This document shows positions 51,701-62,160 of a DNA stretch of 64,000 nt, piece by piece. The stretch is from Somniosus microcephalus (lineage: Eukaryota). Position 1 is the stretch's first letter. Each line of letters starts with the position of its first letter. The DNA lies in contig CM126219.1 in NCBI GenBank assembly GCA_052327205.1, positions 63,178,001 through 63,242,000 of the forward strand, in the 5' to 3' direction. The notes under the pieces were generated by a model. It saw only the letters and a list, made by a program, of their open reading frames with translations. It did not search any database and was not told the DNA's origin. The translations under genes and the position numbers were made by a program.

Positions 51701-54700
51701 CTAAATACCTGGAATTAGGATTAAACTGAACCCATCTTTAGTTTCCAGCCTTTCAGGATGGTTGTCCTGGCAATGATCCAAGAGTCTGGCAAATAAATAT
51801 GCATTTCCACATAAACTGTAGCGGTTGGTTTTAGAATTGTAACTTTCATGCGTTAGCAACAAAATGGCTATACTAGTAATTTTAAGTTATTTTAATACCA
51901 AAAGCACATTAAATAACAAAGTGTTCCACTCCTTTGGAGAAAAGAGTCATTAATACAAGGAATATACTCAAATTTAGTTTTATTGAAACTACCTGCAAAT
52001 TGTGAATCTCTGTGGGTGACCACTTTACCTGTCGTGGTATCTGGGGCATCATTGGGTACTGATGCCCATTGTGTCGAGACATCCCAGCCATGCGAGCAGC
52101 GTTTTGTGCCATTCTCATCTGATGGGCTTGATGAGCCTGGTGGGCCTGAAGCGCAGCACCATTCAAATTTCCTCTCTGCATGGCTTGCATGCTAATCAAA
52201 CGTGGAGGCTAAAAAGATAATATGAATCAGCCTACGCAGGGTTTAAAATTGTATTGCAAAAAGTCAACTTCAGAAATTTCCCATTTAGATCTTGTATAGG
52301 GACCAACTCCTTTGACTTGCACGAGTGGTAAAAGGCCAGCATTAATGATGTAGATTAAGCTGTGAGAGTGGGGAGGAAGAGAGAAACTATGCTACACTTA
52401 CAACTTATGAGATACCATTATCTGCTTTCCTGCTGTACTGGACCTGCAGTATTTACATTTTGCTATTGTGTGCCTGCACCCATAACACTAAAATCCATCA
52501 ACAGGAAGCGATCTGATGGTATAAATACTCAGTCCATTATATTTAAAAAGAATCAACGTTTCATGCATGTTTAGGCCCACTTTCTGGACACTCAAAGTTG
52601 AATGCTCCAAAGGCCTTTCCCCTCTCAACCCCAAAATTATTTTGCTTGTTCAAAGGATACAGAAATCAGAAGCCTAATCTATGATTATTTGTGCTGGAGA
52701 ATATTTTAACAATGGCCATCTTGTACAGTAAAAAGCTAGAGCACTTTATCACTTTAAATTTTTGTTACACCTTTCACATGCTTATAAACATTTTATCCCT
52801 CCACTTTCAAGAGGAATGAATGGGCTGCATTTCAGTACTATGACATACAGCGTACCTGCTGTTGGACCATCTGTGGTGGCCCTGTAGTCCTGGGGTGTTG
52901 TCCTACCGGGTGGCTCATCCTCATCTGTTGCATCTGCTGCTGCTTCTGTGCAAATTGCTGCTGCATGTGCTGCAGGCGCAGCTGTGCAAGGTTAATCTGA
53001 CCCTGAGGTTTCCCCCCAGGTGGCCCCTGGCCTTGGGAACCATGCCCAATAACTACATTGGGAGTGTAACCTGGAGGGTTCGGCTTGTTCTCAATCACAA
53101 GGTTACCTATTTTAGAAAATAAAAATCAAGTCTGCGTGTTAGTTTTTATTTGCAGGCAGTCGTGTGCATCATGAAAAATGTCAATGTAATGGTTGCTGTC
53201 CTTGGTTATAGAAGGTACCATGGCTCTTCAGAGGTATTTCAGGTTGCAGTACAAGACAATGGTAAACAATATTAATTCTAAAACTGTGGGGGGGGGGGGG
53301 GGGCAGTTCAAGTGGGGCACAGCTGGGGAAAACACAAAAAGTAAAAGAAAGGTTGTCTTGTTATAAACCCCTGGATATTTCAATGAATTAAACATTTAGA
53401 ATCAACAGATGCAGTTAAAAGGCTTACAGTTTTGATCACTGGGGGTTTACTTATTGCACAATCTGACAAAAAAATTTAAAACAAACAAAACCTATGTATG
53501 CACATGAACATGTGTGCATGGGGGGGGGGGGGGAAAGAGAGGAGAGGAAAATCTGCAGGTGGGAGGAAGGAAAGAGAAGAAAAGGACAGAGAAAAATCCT
53601 CAGTGATCTCAAGGCTAACACTACATTTACTAAATAATTCATTTCGGTAACGTCTTACCTAAATTCACCACATTTTTTGCCCAGAATGTAGGATCACAGT
53701 GAAAGCGCATGCCACCATTAGCAGCCGGGACAGGGTCACAGCGTGCTCGGAGAATATGACGCAACTGAAAGGTAATCTGGAAAACATAAATCATTGAACA
53801 ATTTTGCAATTCAGTATTTGTGTTGCTAATCAGCTTGACCAATCTTTCCAAGTAAATATTTGCCATCAGCCTGTGGAGACTCAATCAAAGCTAGAGTTCT
53901 CTGCTTACAAAATGTCTCATTCTGTAATTTTAAACATTTGGATTGGGGTTGAATGTTCAAGCTTCTTTTTGTTGGGGGGGGGGGGGGGGGGTGGACATCT
54001 ATTTGGATTACTCGGTCATCTTGCTCATCATTTATATTGTACTTGGTCTGTTTACTTACACACATTTAGCTTTTTCAATTCCAGCGTTTGATACAGTAGT
54101 CCTATGGCAGGTCTCCATGTATTGAACAGGGTAAAAATGAATAGCTGTAACATTGAGATTTTTTACCTATTTGGCGCAGAAAGGATTATGGTTTAATTTA
54201 TATTAGGATGTTGCTATGAAGTTGAGATTCAAGTCACAAAGGGTCAACTCGATAGACACAAGCTATCTGGGCTGTTAAGACCATGAGTTGGGATACCAGA
54301 TGAAACAGGTAATAATTTTTTTATTTTTTATTAATTCACGGGGTGTGGGCACGCTGGCAAGGCTATAATTTATTGCCCATCCCTAATTGCCCTCGAGAAT
54401 GTGGTGATGAGCAGTCTTCTTGAACCGCTGCAGTCCGTGTGGTGAAGGTACTCCCAACAGTGCTGTTAGGGAGGGAGTTCCAGGATTTCGACCCAGCGAC
54501 GATGAAGGAACGGCGATATATTTCCAAGTCAGGATGGTGTGTGACTTGGAGGTGGTGGTGTTCCCATGCGCCTACTGCCCTTGTCCTTCTAGGTGGTAGA
54601 GGTCGCAGGTTTGGGATGTGCTGTTGAAGAAGCCTTGGCGAGTTGCTGCAGTGCATCTTGTAGATGGTACACACTGTAGCCGCGGTGCGCCGGTGGTGGA

Positions 54701-57700
54701 GGGAGTGAATATTTAAGGTGGTGGATGGGGTGCCAATCAAGCAGGCTGCTGTGTCCCGGATGGTGTCGAGCTTCTTGAGTGTTGTTGGAGCTGCACTCAT
54801 CCAGGCAAGTGGAGAATATTCCATCACACTCCTGATTTGTGCCTTGTAGATGGTGGAAAGGCTTTGGGGAGTCAGAAAGTGAGTCAACTCGCCACAGAAT
54901 ACCTAGCCTCTGACATGCTCTTGTAGCCACAGTATGTGTGTGGTTGGTCCAGTTAAGTTTCTGGTCGATGGTGACCCCCCAGGATGTTGATGGTGGGGGA
55001 TTAGACGACGGCAGTGCCACTGAATGTCATGGGGCAGTGGTTAGATGTTCTCTTGTTGTGTCTTCTCATATACAGCATCAGTTTTGTAAGAATGGAAGTC
55101 ATCCAGCACATTCCAGAGATCATGTAGTTACCATAACTCCCACGTCAAAAGGAGAAAAGTTTCATATTCTAGGTGGTAGCTTTGATTGACAGTTCAGTGA
55201 GCCAATCCTCTACACAAAGAGCTGAGGGAAGGACCTTTGCCCCTTTACCCTTTTCTGTGGAAAACCGTCTTGGTCAACAAATTTTGTTTGACAATGCTCC
55301 TGTGGGACATTTAACTACGTTAAATAGTTGTTGTTGTAGTCTGGAACAGTCGACAGAGTTCCTGTTTTCCAAGGTTAGTGCCAGTCAGTTCAGGAACTGC
55401 TAACTTAGTGAGTTTAACCATTTGTCTTATTTTGACTACATAAGAAGCAACAGGTAAAATGCAAATCTTGCTGTGAAAGCTATAGTCTGATTATTCAAGC
55501 ATTTCATGCAAAATAAACCAGTTTGTAGGTTTACAATTGTGCTTCATCTCGCTAGATTGCTTTTCAGTCCACCTTCCAAAAAGACTGGAGAACGCATATG
55601 GCGGCACGAGAGATTACAGTATCCAGTACACAGAACACGGGAGCTTATTATTGGAGTTCCTGAGTCGCACTTATCATTTAACTAGATACTGTGCAGAGGT
55701 GCTCCCCGATTCAAGGTCTGCTTAGGGAAACGCTGAACCAGAGTTTGTAATACAGGAAACTTTCAATTAACCGGCCCCTAAATAACCAGAATGCTCTATC
55801 CACCGGCAAAATTCAGGAGTCGGTTCAGGTAACTTTTTTTACTTTGTTACTTTTTTTACTCCATTTGTTGCTGTGCAAGGGTGTAGCTGAAGCTGTTGCT
55901 AAGCTACAGAGACGCTTGCAAGTTATGCCGATTGTTTTGAAGCTGTAAGCAACAGGGTTTGTTGCTTTATACGGAGCTCTGAGCTCAGTATCTTTTACTA
56001 TAGCGTTCGGTTATCCGGAATTGTTGATGAACCGGCACCAGGTCGGTCCCGTCCGTGCCGGATACCAGAAAGTTTCCTGTACAGCTATGGCTATATTTGT
56101 AGAATCTACAACTCAGCATCTACCAATGCTTAAAAGGATTGTTGTTTAATAATAAAGGCATTTAAATAACTGACAACACAGACTACCATTTTAGATACCC
56201 ACATTTAAAAACCATGATATAGTAAGGGATGCTCTTCAAAGGTTGAGATTAAATCACATAGTTAGGGAAAAGTTTAACAAGATTTTCTTTCTATCAGCTA
56301 TGCTATACTCAACCTGTGAATGCTAATACTGACACTATTTACAAGGCATTTTCCCCTTTGATGCACACAAATATTCCCCAAAGGAGGTGGAAATAGACAC
56401 AGATCATGAAGCATCCAAAAAAACAAAAAAATGATCCTAATTAGGTTGTCAGAACCATAAACTTAGACTGGCATCTAACACTCCCAACCAAGAATATCCA
56501 GCTGAATTTTCTTCACATTCAATCCAAGCTATCCTCATTGGTTATAGTATAGAAATAGAAATGAAAACTCAATTTCTAGGCGGAAACCGCAATCAAACCA
56601 AAGTCAAAGTGAACTGGCTGCCTTTTATAGAAGGGAGGTATCACTTATACTACAGGTCAAACACATGACTATCCAGGACCAATTGCAAGGAGGAGACAGA
56701 CTCATGAGGTACATGGAAAATGCTTCCTTTAGAAGAACAAAGCTGATCCGATGAAAGTATGTAATCTATCTTTACTTCTGGGCACTGGTCTAAACAATTT
56801 CTTCCATCAAGTATCCATTTTGAAAACTATGTGGCATATGTCAAATGGAGTATTTAATAAAGAAGCCTTTTAAAACATATATTAATTGCATTTAATGACT
56901 TGCATTAAATGACTTGCATTAAACAGCATTTCCTTGTTCAAGTAACTTCAAAGGAACAGATATAAAGCGAAGCTTTCATAACAAGAAGGAAGTTCCCCAA
57001 TAAGGACATTAAACAGCAGAATTGCTTCAAGTGGTTTAATAACCCATTAACCTGCAACTATCATTTTAAATTGGTTGATAACAGTATTGCAACAGATTTT
57101 GATCAATGGTGGTTGACCTTTAATTATAATAGTTTATGAAATTAGACAAATGGAGTACCTTACAAGTTCAGCTGTTGAATTGTAATACAGATTGTGTAAT
57201 TTCATTACTATTGAATCAATTAAGGTCAGTTACATTAAAAAGGGAAAATTACAGACTTGTTCCAATACACTGTTTGGAAACCTATATAAAAAACCTGTCG
57301 CAGCAGTCTCCAACAAACTACATCCAAGTAATGCATCAGCGAAAGGATTAAATCATAAAAGTGCCCATAAATCTTAATTTTACAACAGCTGCAATTTAGA
57401 AACTTTTAGATTGAATCAAAGCTCGTTAGAGATAATTATAAGAACTATATAATAAAATCATATTCAAGAAAATACAGTGGGGGGGAAGAGATGGCAAAAT
57501 TATTTTATTCAGTTTTTCTGGCAGATGCGCCCTATGTACCCCCCGTCTCTGATGACTAATGTTAATAAAGCTGAGAAATAATTTGATAATTACAATAGAT
57601 ATTTAATCACACTAGATTACTTAACATGAAAGGAATGTTAGTTTTAACCTCAAGATAAAGTCAAATTAACGAATTAGAAAATAGCCCCCGCCCCTACTAT

Positions 57701-60700
57701 ACTTCTGAAGGGATGGATGGGTGAAGGAGTCACATCATCTGAAAATGGCTATTGTACAGGCAGGTAACCTATCGTCTTCATTCCACTTCCTCCACACACA
57801 GGCACACACTATTATACAGGCTTGGGAGTCCTCGGCATAGGAGCTGTAAGACCAGTCTTCGGGATAAATCTGCCAACGGTGTTACGTGCTCCAGTTAAAT
57901 GTAGACTGTAAATGTCTGAGGACTGCTTCAAATTGCCTTATATGTATTATCAATTGGAACCTGATTGAGAAACATCCAAGCAGCAGCTGTAGAACAGTTA
58001 GAATGACTTAACCTGCTCCCTCGGGCTTCATTCCTACAAACTAGTAGCCGTGTTGAAAGCATTCAATTATCCATCTGGCCACCTACTATATACTCAGCCG
58101 TTTACTTTGACTCCTTGCACCATTGGAAATAAGCATAAATTGCTATGCAAAACATGGAACTTGGGGGGTTCCACGAGTATCTACATAATAGAATCAATGT
58201 TCCCGTTCTGAACTATCTGGCAGTGGATAAAACAATGACCATTTACAATAGTCCCAGGACAAGGGGTCGGCCATTTAAGACTGAGATGAGGAGGAATTTC
58301 TTCACTCAGAGGGTTGTGAATCTTTGGAATTCTCTGCCCCAAAGGGCTGTGGATGCGGAGTCGTTGAGTATATTCAAGGCCAAGATAGATCGATTTTTGG
58401 ACCCATGGGGAATCAAGGGGTCTAGGATCGGGCAGGAAAGTGGAGTTGAGGTTGAAGATCAGCCATGGCTTTATAGAATGACGCAGCAGGCTCCAGGGGC
58501 CATACGGCCTACTCCTGTTCCTAATTCCTGTTACGTTCTAATTTGTTGACCCAAATGAAACGGGAAAGTACCTTTGGCTCACAACTCGATGTGTCCCTGG
58601 ACTATCTTGTCAGATGGCCAATTACACCTAATCTTAATACGGCCTTGCAGTTCACTAATGCTGCAAGCCAAAATTAACACCAAGGTGGTTTTCCATGAGA
58701 GAAATAAACTCATGTTCAAAGAAGCTTAAATGGCGAGTACATAAATTTATGAAGAACTAAATTAAGATCCCAATGGAAATCAATTAATGCCTGGGACACA
58801 ATTTCCAAATACTTGCATGAAACAGTTCACCTAATGATCCAAATGCCAACTGGTCATGAAAGACCAAAGCAGCTACAACATGAACCCAAACAAAACTAGG
58901 TTTTAAACTGATGTCAAACAGATGCTGCAGTAGAGCAGATTGAGATAGGACTAACTGACTGACTTCAATACTACTCTACAATTGCTCTCCCATTGTGCTT
59001 ATAAGCACCATTAGTGGATGCTGTCTGAACTAATGAAGGTATCGCCTTAGGGACAGTACAACCTGATCCAACAGTCATCACTTAAAGCAAAGAATCAAGC
59101 AGAATATTTCAACGCTCCGATGCAATATTTGACCCGCCCCACCTGTTGAGAAATCTTTGCCATGAGATGATGGGATTCTGTCTCTGCCTGTCACAATGTC
59201 CGAGTACCATTACTTGGAGGGCCAATAGGGAGGTTACCAGTGTAACTTTTGTCCTGTTATCATATAGAAACCATCATATCCATGAAAAGGAGACACTGTC
59301 CATCTTCTTGGCGGACACAATCTCAATCCTCAGGCAGAAACACAAGATATGATGGTTATCCAGGGTGTCAAACAGGGCTCTCTGGGCACCCCATCTCTTG
59401 AAATTGTTCTGAAATACCTCTACTGAGTGCATCTTCCACTTTATTATAATAGTGACTACACTTCAAAAGTACCTCATTGGCTGTAAAGCACTTTGGGACG
59501 TCCTGAGGTCGTGAAAGACGCAATCTAAATGCGAGTCTTTCTTTCTTTAATGGTGAACTGTAATATGACAGAGTACCTTAGTACGTTGGTTGTATATCCC
59601 AGTTAAATAGTGATAGTAGTCTTCGGACTCAGACAACTTCATAATCGTATCTTGAAAGTGAGCCACCACCTACTTTAGCAGGCCAATGTAGTATTGATCA
59701 AACCTTCATATTCCAACTTGCTCTGTACGATAGTCTGGAATCATTCTAGAGCTAGCCTTTTTATACTTCATTCCAACTGACTAATGTGCAGGTGGACTGT
59801 TATATTGTAGGTACATACCACAACAGTACAGATTTAGGAAGGGGAAGTTCCAAATGTGAACACCAATCGGCCAAAGGTGCTTGTAAGTGCTCCAGTTAAA
59901 TGTAGACTGCAATAATTAGTAAAAAGAATTGTACGGTGGGAGCTTACATATCCAATTTAAATCAAATAGGTGTCCAGGAAGTAGCTGTACCACTGTTCTA
60001 TAAGCTGTTCCTTGGGCTTCAAAGCTGAAAACTTGTTGTTTTGGGTGCATTCAAACATCCATCCAGCTATCCACTGCATAATTATTGGTATCTTGAGCCA
60101 TGGGAAATAACAGTCAAGACTGCATAGATTCCTCTGTGCAACATATAGAACTTGGAAGGTCTGGGGCAACTATATAGTAGGAACAATGCTTTAGCTCTAA
60201 CTTGTATAGGGCAGCCCAGGTCCAGAGGGGTCTCCAACAGAAGCCGCTTGGTGGATATTGCTCAAAAACAAGTATATTCTCCACGCTATCATGCTCTGGA
60301 ATTCACAAGGGTGGTACTACAAAAAAGTAATGGTTAATCAAAACAATCCCATTTTTCTTAGCGATCCCCATCATTGCACGTCTGTTGGTTCTTCACAAGG
60401 CAACAGCTATTCCTCTAACCTGCATATATTAGACAGAATTTATACAGCACAGAAACAGGCCATTCAGCCCTGCTGGTCCAAGCCGATGTTCCACACAGGC
60501 CTCCTCCCACCCTATTTCATCTACCCCGATCTGCTTATACTTCTATTCCTTTCTCCCTTATGTACTTATCTAACTTCCCCTTAAAGGCATCTATGCTATT
60601 TGCCTCAACTACTCCATGCGGTAGCAAGTTTCACATTCTAACCACTCTGGATAAAGAAGTTTCTCCTGAATTCTCTATTGGATTTATTAGTGACCATCTT

Positions 60701-62160
60701 ATATTTATGACCTCTAGTTTTGGACTCCTCCTCAAGTGGAAAGCTTTTCTCTACATCTATCTATCAAACTATTTCATTATGTTAAAGACCTCCATCAGGT
60801 CACCCCTCCGCCTTCACTTTTCTAGAGAAAAGAGCCCCAGCCTGTTCAGCCTTTCCCAATAGCTAGAACCTCTTAGTTCTGGTATCATCTTTGGAAATCT
60901 TTTTTGCATCTACTCCAGTGCCTCTATATCCTTTTTATAATTTGGAGACCAGAACTGTACACAGAACTCTTAAGTGCGGTCTCTCCAAAATCCCTTTTCC
61001 ACTAAAGTATAGCTGTAATAGGGCTGATGTTAAAAGCAACCAATGCCAGCCCGCATAGCAATTCACCTAAAACCAAGATTCTCACTTACGCGTCCAGGAC
61101 ATTGTTCACCATCTTCTGTGTAATATGGCAGTCTGTATTTGGTCTTTTGAACAGGGACAGAAACTGACTACAGTTTGGTAAGAAAATCTTGCGCATTGGG
61201 CCTGGTGGCTTCCATGTTAACCTAACTGCATTTTCTAGTAAATCTATTGGCCAAGCACATCCACACAATGGTGTCTCAGTTAGGAGGCCATCTTGGCTCA
61301 TGTCTGAAGAATGGTCACTTGGGTGAGGCATCAGAAATCTTCCCATGCTCATGAAACTATTCATCCTCTTCAGAAGAGGTGAAACACCTTTAGAAACAGG
61401 CCAATGAATGCACTCCAATATTTATATCCTTCTTGCATGATCACACTAGCAAAGTCTCTCCTAGCATGCCCTCCCCCATTTTCAGATTTTTGACAATTCC
61501 AAACATGTATATATGCATAACATTAAGTTTTTATTACGCTTTAAAAAAATTCTCCGCCAGCCACTGTTTTTGCAGTCTTAATTTTGATTCTTGGTTACCT
61601 AGAATTACATGGAATTTTACAGCACAGGAACATGCCATTCAGCCCAACGGGTCTATGCAGGTGTTTGTGTTACACATGAGCCTCCTCCCACTTTACTTCA
61701 TCTCACCCCATCAACATATCATAGGTTAGGAATTGAATTTTTCCACTACAGAAAGCTACATCTGCTGCGTCAGATATAATGCAACAAAGATGTGACTGTC
61801 TTACCAGACGCTTGCTGTAAAGTAGTGCTGTACTGCTTCCACTGGAAATAGCCCACTTTGCAAAGTTCATCACGTGCTCCACCTGCCTGGCAAGACTGGT
61901 AACATCCTGTTGCTGCTGCAGTAATTTTATCTGCCGCTCCTTTGTTACATTCTGTAGAAAAAGGAGCAGTGAAGACAAGTCAAAGTGAAGTAATGTTCAA
62001 TAGCACTGGGATAGAATCACTGTGCACAGATTTACTCGATCATACCTCCAGCTGCTGCAATAGATTCTTGCCCTTCTTGTTGATCTCATTAATGAGGGTG
62101 AAGATGGCAACTTTAATGTCATGCTCAACCTTCTTGTTTGTATCAGTGACTTCGTTTAAC
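15568..62160 (-). CDS. TRIM33: TRIM33 / TIF1-gamma E3 ubiquitin ligase, 5'-partial spliced CDS (14 exons, 2323 nt)
   Basis: All exons have GT-AG boundaries and consistent phases; peptides match TRIM33 ([50 protein letters not shown]-terminal [17 protein letters not shown]). Confidence 0.96.
16768..17189 (-). mobile_element. DeuSINE (SacSINE1-like)
   Basis: Same head (aaggtgtccgccttggctcagtggtagcactc) and L2-like tail as 8435-8859. Confidence 0.75.
20231..20564 (+). mobile_element. Tc1/mariner (pogo/Tigger-like) MITE, copy 1
   Basis: TA|caggaaactttc...gaaagtttcctg|TA: terminal inverted repeats (TIRs) plus TA TSD. Confidence 0.88.
20910..21268 (-). mobile_element. CR1 3' fragment
   Basis: [34 protein letters not shown]; tail with (tttctatg)n repeats. 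Confidence 0.88.
21299..21370 (-). other. Candidate in-frame cassette exon of TRIM33 (unverified)
   Basis: ttcctccccacag|72 nt, stop-free, phase 0 ([24 protein letters not shown])|gtaagt. Confidence 0.25.
21700..22825 (-). mobile_element. CR1 RT fragment with deletions, interrupted by MITE copy 2
   Basis: [29 protein letters not shown]; CR1 tail at ~21700-21790. Confidence 0.8.
22107..22475 (+). mobile_element. Tc1/mariner-like MITE, copy 2, with an internal 50-bp x3 tandem repeat (22213-22364)
   Basis: TA|caggaaactctc...gagtttccta|TA; nested in the CR1 fragment. Confidence 0.85.
23011..23163 (-). CDS. TRIM33: TRIM33 bromodomain exon
   Basis: ccaag|[51 protein letters not shown]|gtaag; 153 nt. 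Confidence 0.96.
23370..25700 (-). mobile_element. Decayed L2 LINE
   Basis: [10 protein letters not shown] and [13 protein letters not shown] motifs; L2-type tail (ctttggacgtttttcctatgttaaagctgctaaataagtgca). Confidence 0.75.
24185..24545 (-). mobile_element. V-SINE (HE1-like) nested in L2
   Basis: tRNA head ggcacggtggcatagtggttagc..gggttcgaatc; V domain tgtgtggagtttgcacattctccccgtg..gggtttcctccgggtgctccggtttcctcccacagtccaaaga; CR1-like tail. Confidence 0.88.
26010..28800 (-). mobile_element. Non-LTR retrotransposon (CR1/L2 group) with APE endonuclease and RT, frameshifted
   Basis: [14 protein letters not shown] (APE); [20 protein letters not shown] and [15 protein letters not shown] (RT); [17 protein letters not shown]; tail gggatgggcaataaatgctggcc..gaataaaaaaa. 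Confidence 0.88.
29438..30600. repeat. Minisatellite, 39/40-bp unit x ~29 (cagaatctaggcactgagggtggatgtgtaaacagatat)
   Basis: Directly visible head-to-tail array with a few recurring unit variants and no spacers. Confidence 0.97.
30836..30910 (-). CDS. TRIM33: TRIM33 bromodomain start exon
   Basis: tttag|[25 protein letters not shown]|gtaag; 75 nt; absent from the ORF track. Confidence 0.95.
31400..32230 (-). mobile_element. Old CR1 RT fragment
   Basis: IVEYKSR..HLECCVL resembles the CR1 [16 protein letters not shown] motif. Confidence 0.55.
32382..32505 (-). CDS. TRIM33: TRIM33 exon: end of PHD finger and linker
   Basis: tttaag|(S)[41 protein letters not shown]|gtgag; 124 nt. Confidence 0.95.
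33203..33519 (+). mobile_element. Tc1/mariner-like MITE, copy 3
   Basis: TA|caggaaactttc...gaacgtttcctg|TA. Confidence 0.88.
34111..34463 (-). CDS. TRIM33: TRIM33 exon containing the PHD finger N-part
   Basis: tttag|[11 protein letters not shown]...[41 protein letters not shown]|gtaag; 353 nt. Confidence 0.97.
36126..36451 (+). mobile_element. Tc1/mariner-like MITE, copy 4
   Basis: TA|caggaaactttc...aaagtttcctg|TA. Confidence 0.88.
36584..36752 (-). CDS. TRIM33: TRIM33 linker exon (VKQE SUMO-consensus motif)
   Basis: ttgcag|(S)[25 protein letters not shown]|gtaaa; 169 nt. Confidence 0.94.
38811..38886 (-). CDS. TRIM33: TRIM33 short linker exon
   Basis: ttttttcag|(L)[24 protein letters not shown](S)|gtaag; 76 nt; phases fit both neighbours. 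Confidence 0.9.
40269..40879. mobile_element. GC/CpG-rich non-autonomous DNA transposon (PIF/Harbinger-like MITE)
   Basis: 18-bp TIR ggcctagaaattcactgg / ccactgaatttctgggcc (2 mismatches); 3-bp flanking duplication ATA. Confidence 0.75.
41930..43745 (+). mobile_element. L2 LINE with internal deletion (APE part joined to the RT C-terminal part)
   Basis: LLILGDF and [16 protein letters not shown] (APE); [20 protein letters not shown] (RT); tail aaaggtgctatataaatacaag(ttg)n. Confidence 0.9.
44347..44491 (-). CDS. TRIM33: TRIM33 linker exon
   Basis: ctgcag|[48 protein letters not shown]|gtaag; 145 nt; absent from the ORF track. Confidence 0.93.
44550..44725. mobile_element. Penelope-derived inverted pLTR insertion (hairpin) with TSD
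   Basis: ~52-bp inverted arms 44580-44631 / 44676-44727; flanking duplication tttagtaatcaa. Confidence 0.75.
45057..45491 (+). mobile_element. Penelope-like element 3' fragment (end of GIY-YIG ORF plus pLTR)
   Basis: [20 protein letters not shown] is typical of PLE C-termini; 13-bp TSD gccataaatataa at 45044-45056 and 45492-45504. Confidence 0.82.
45652..46007 (+). mobile_element. Tc1/mariner-like MITE, copy 5
   Basis: TA|caggaaacttt...gaagtttcctg|TA; splits the CR1 tail at a TA. Confidence 0.88.
46335..46766 (+). mobile_element. L2 3' fragment
   Basis: Similar to 43000-43745; (ttg)n tail. Confidence 0.8.
47302..47502 (-). CDS. TRIM33: TRIM33 linker exon
   Basis: tgacag|[42 protein letters not shown]|gtcag; 201 nt. 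Confidence 0.95.
47610..49215 (-). mobile_element. CR1 LINE ORF2 3' portion
   Basis: [40 protein letters not shown] and [15 protein letters not shown]. Confidence 0.93.
50655..51700 (-). mobile_element. DeuSINE split by a CR1 3' fragment (50794-51421, minus strand, TSD caatga)
   Basis: SINE tail 50655-50793 and body/head 51422-51700; the insert encodes [20 protein letters not shown]; caatga is duplicated at 50788 and 51422. Confidence 0.82.
52029..52208 (-). CDS. TRIM33: TRIM33 linker exon
   Basis: ttttag|[43 protein letters not shown]|gtaaa; 180 nt. Confidence 0.94.
52856..53106 (-). CDS. TRIM33: TRIM33 Q-rich exon
   Basis: aaatag|(G)[30 protein letters not shown]|gtacg; 251 nt. Confidence 0.95.
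53659..53776 (-). CDS. TRIM33: TRIM33 exon following the coiled coil
   Basis: ttccag|[39 protein letters not shown](G)|gtaag; 118 nt. Confidence 0.96.
54320..55055 (-). mobile_element. 3' fragment of the same LINE family as 26010-28800
   Basis: [37 protein letters not shown]; same tail. Confidence 0.88.
55753..56079 (+). mobile_element. Tc1/mariner-like MITE, copy 6
   Basis: TA|caggaaactttc...gaaagtttcctg|TA. Confidence 0.88.
57700..60150 (-). mobile_element. Decayed DIRS1-like tyrosine-recombinase retrotransposon (RT/RNase H/MT-like/YR remnants; may extend to ~61450)
   Basis: Hand translation of the minus strand gives colinear DIRS-like motifs: [42 protein letters not shown]....[12 protein letters not shown]...ISELQ, VARWI, SHS..STAAAW....VPID...KA.*SSPQTF. 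Confidence 0.72.
58250..58545 (+). mobile_element. CR1 3' fragment inserted in the DIRS remnant
   Basis: [28 protein letters not shown]; CR1 tail. Confidence 0.88.
60430..60985 (-). mobile_element. CR1 3' fragment
   Basis: Antisense of CR1 motifs ([21 protein letters not shown]) and CR1 tail. Confidence 0.85.
61805..61951 (-). CDS. TRIM33: TRIM33 coiled-coil exon
   Basis: ctacag|[49 protein letters not shown]|gtaag; 147 nt. Confidence 0.96.
62046..62160 (-). CDS. TRIM33: TRIM33 coiled-coil exon (first exon visible in the window)
   Basis: ttcttag|(R)[38 protein letters not shown]|gtatg; 115 nt. Confidence 0.96.

Noticed and set aside
15568-62160. Paralogue TRIM24, TRIM28 or TRIM66 instead of TRIM33
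   Set aside because: Linker and C-terminal peptides ([46 protein letters not shown]) match TRIM33 as I recall it.
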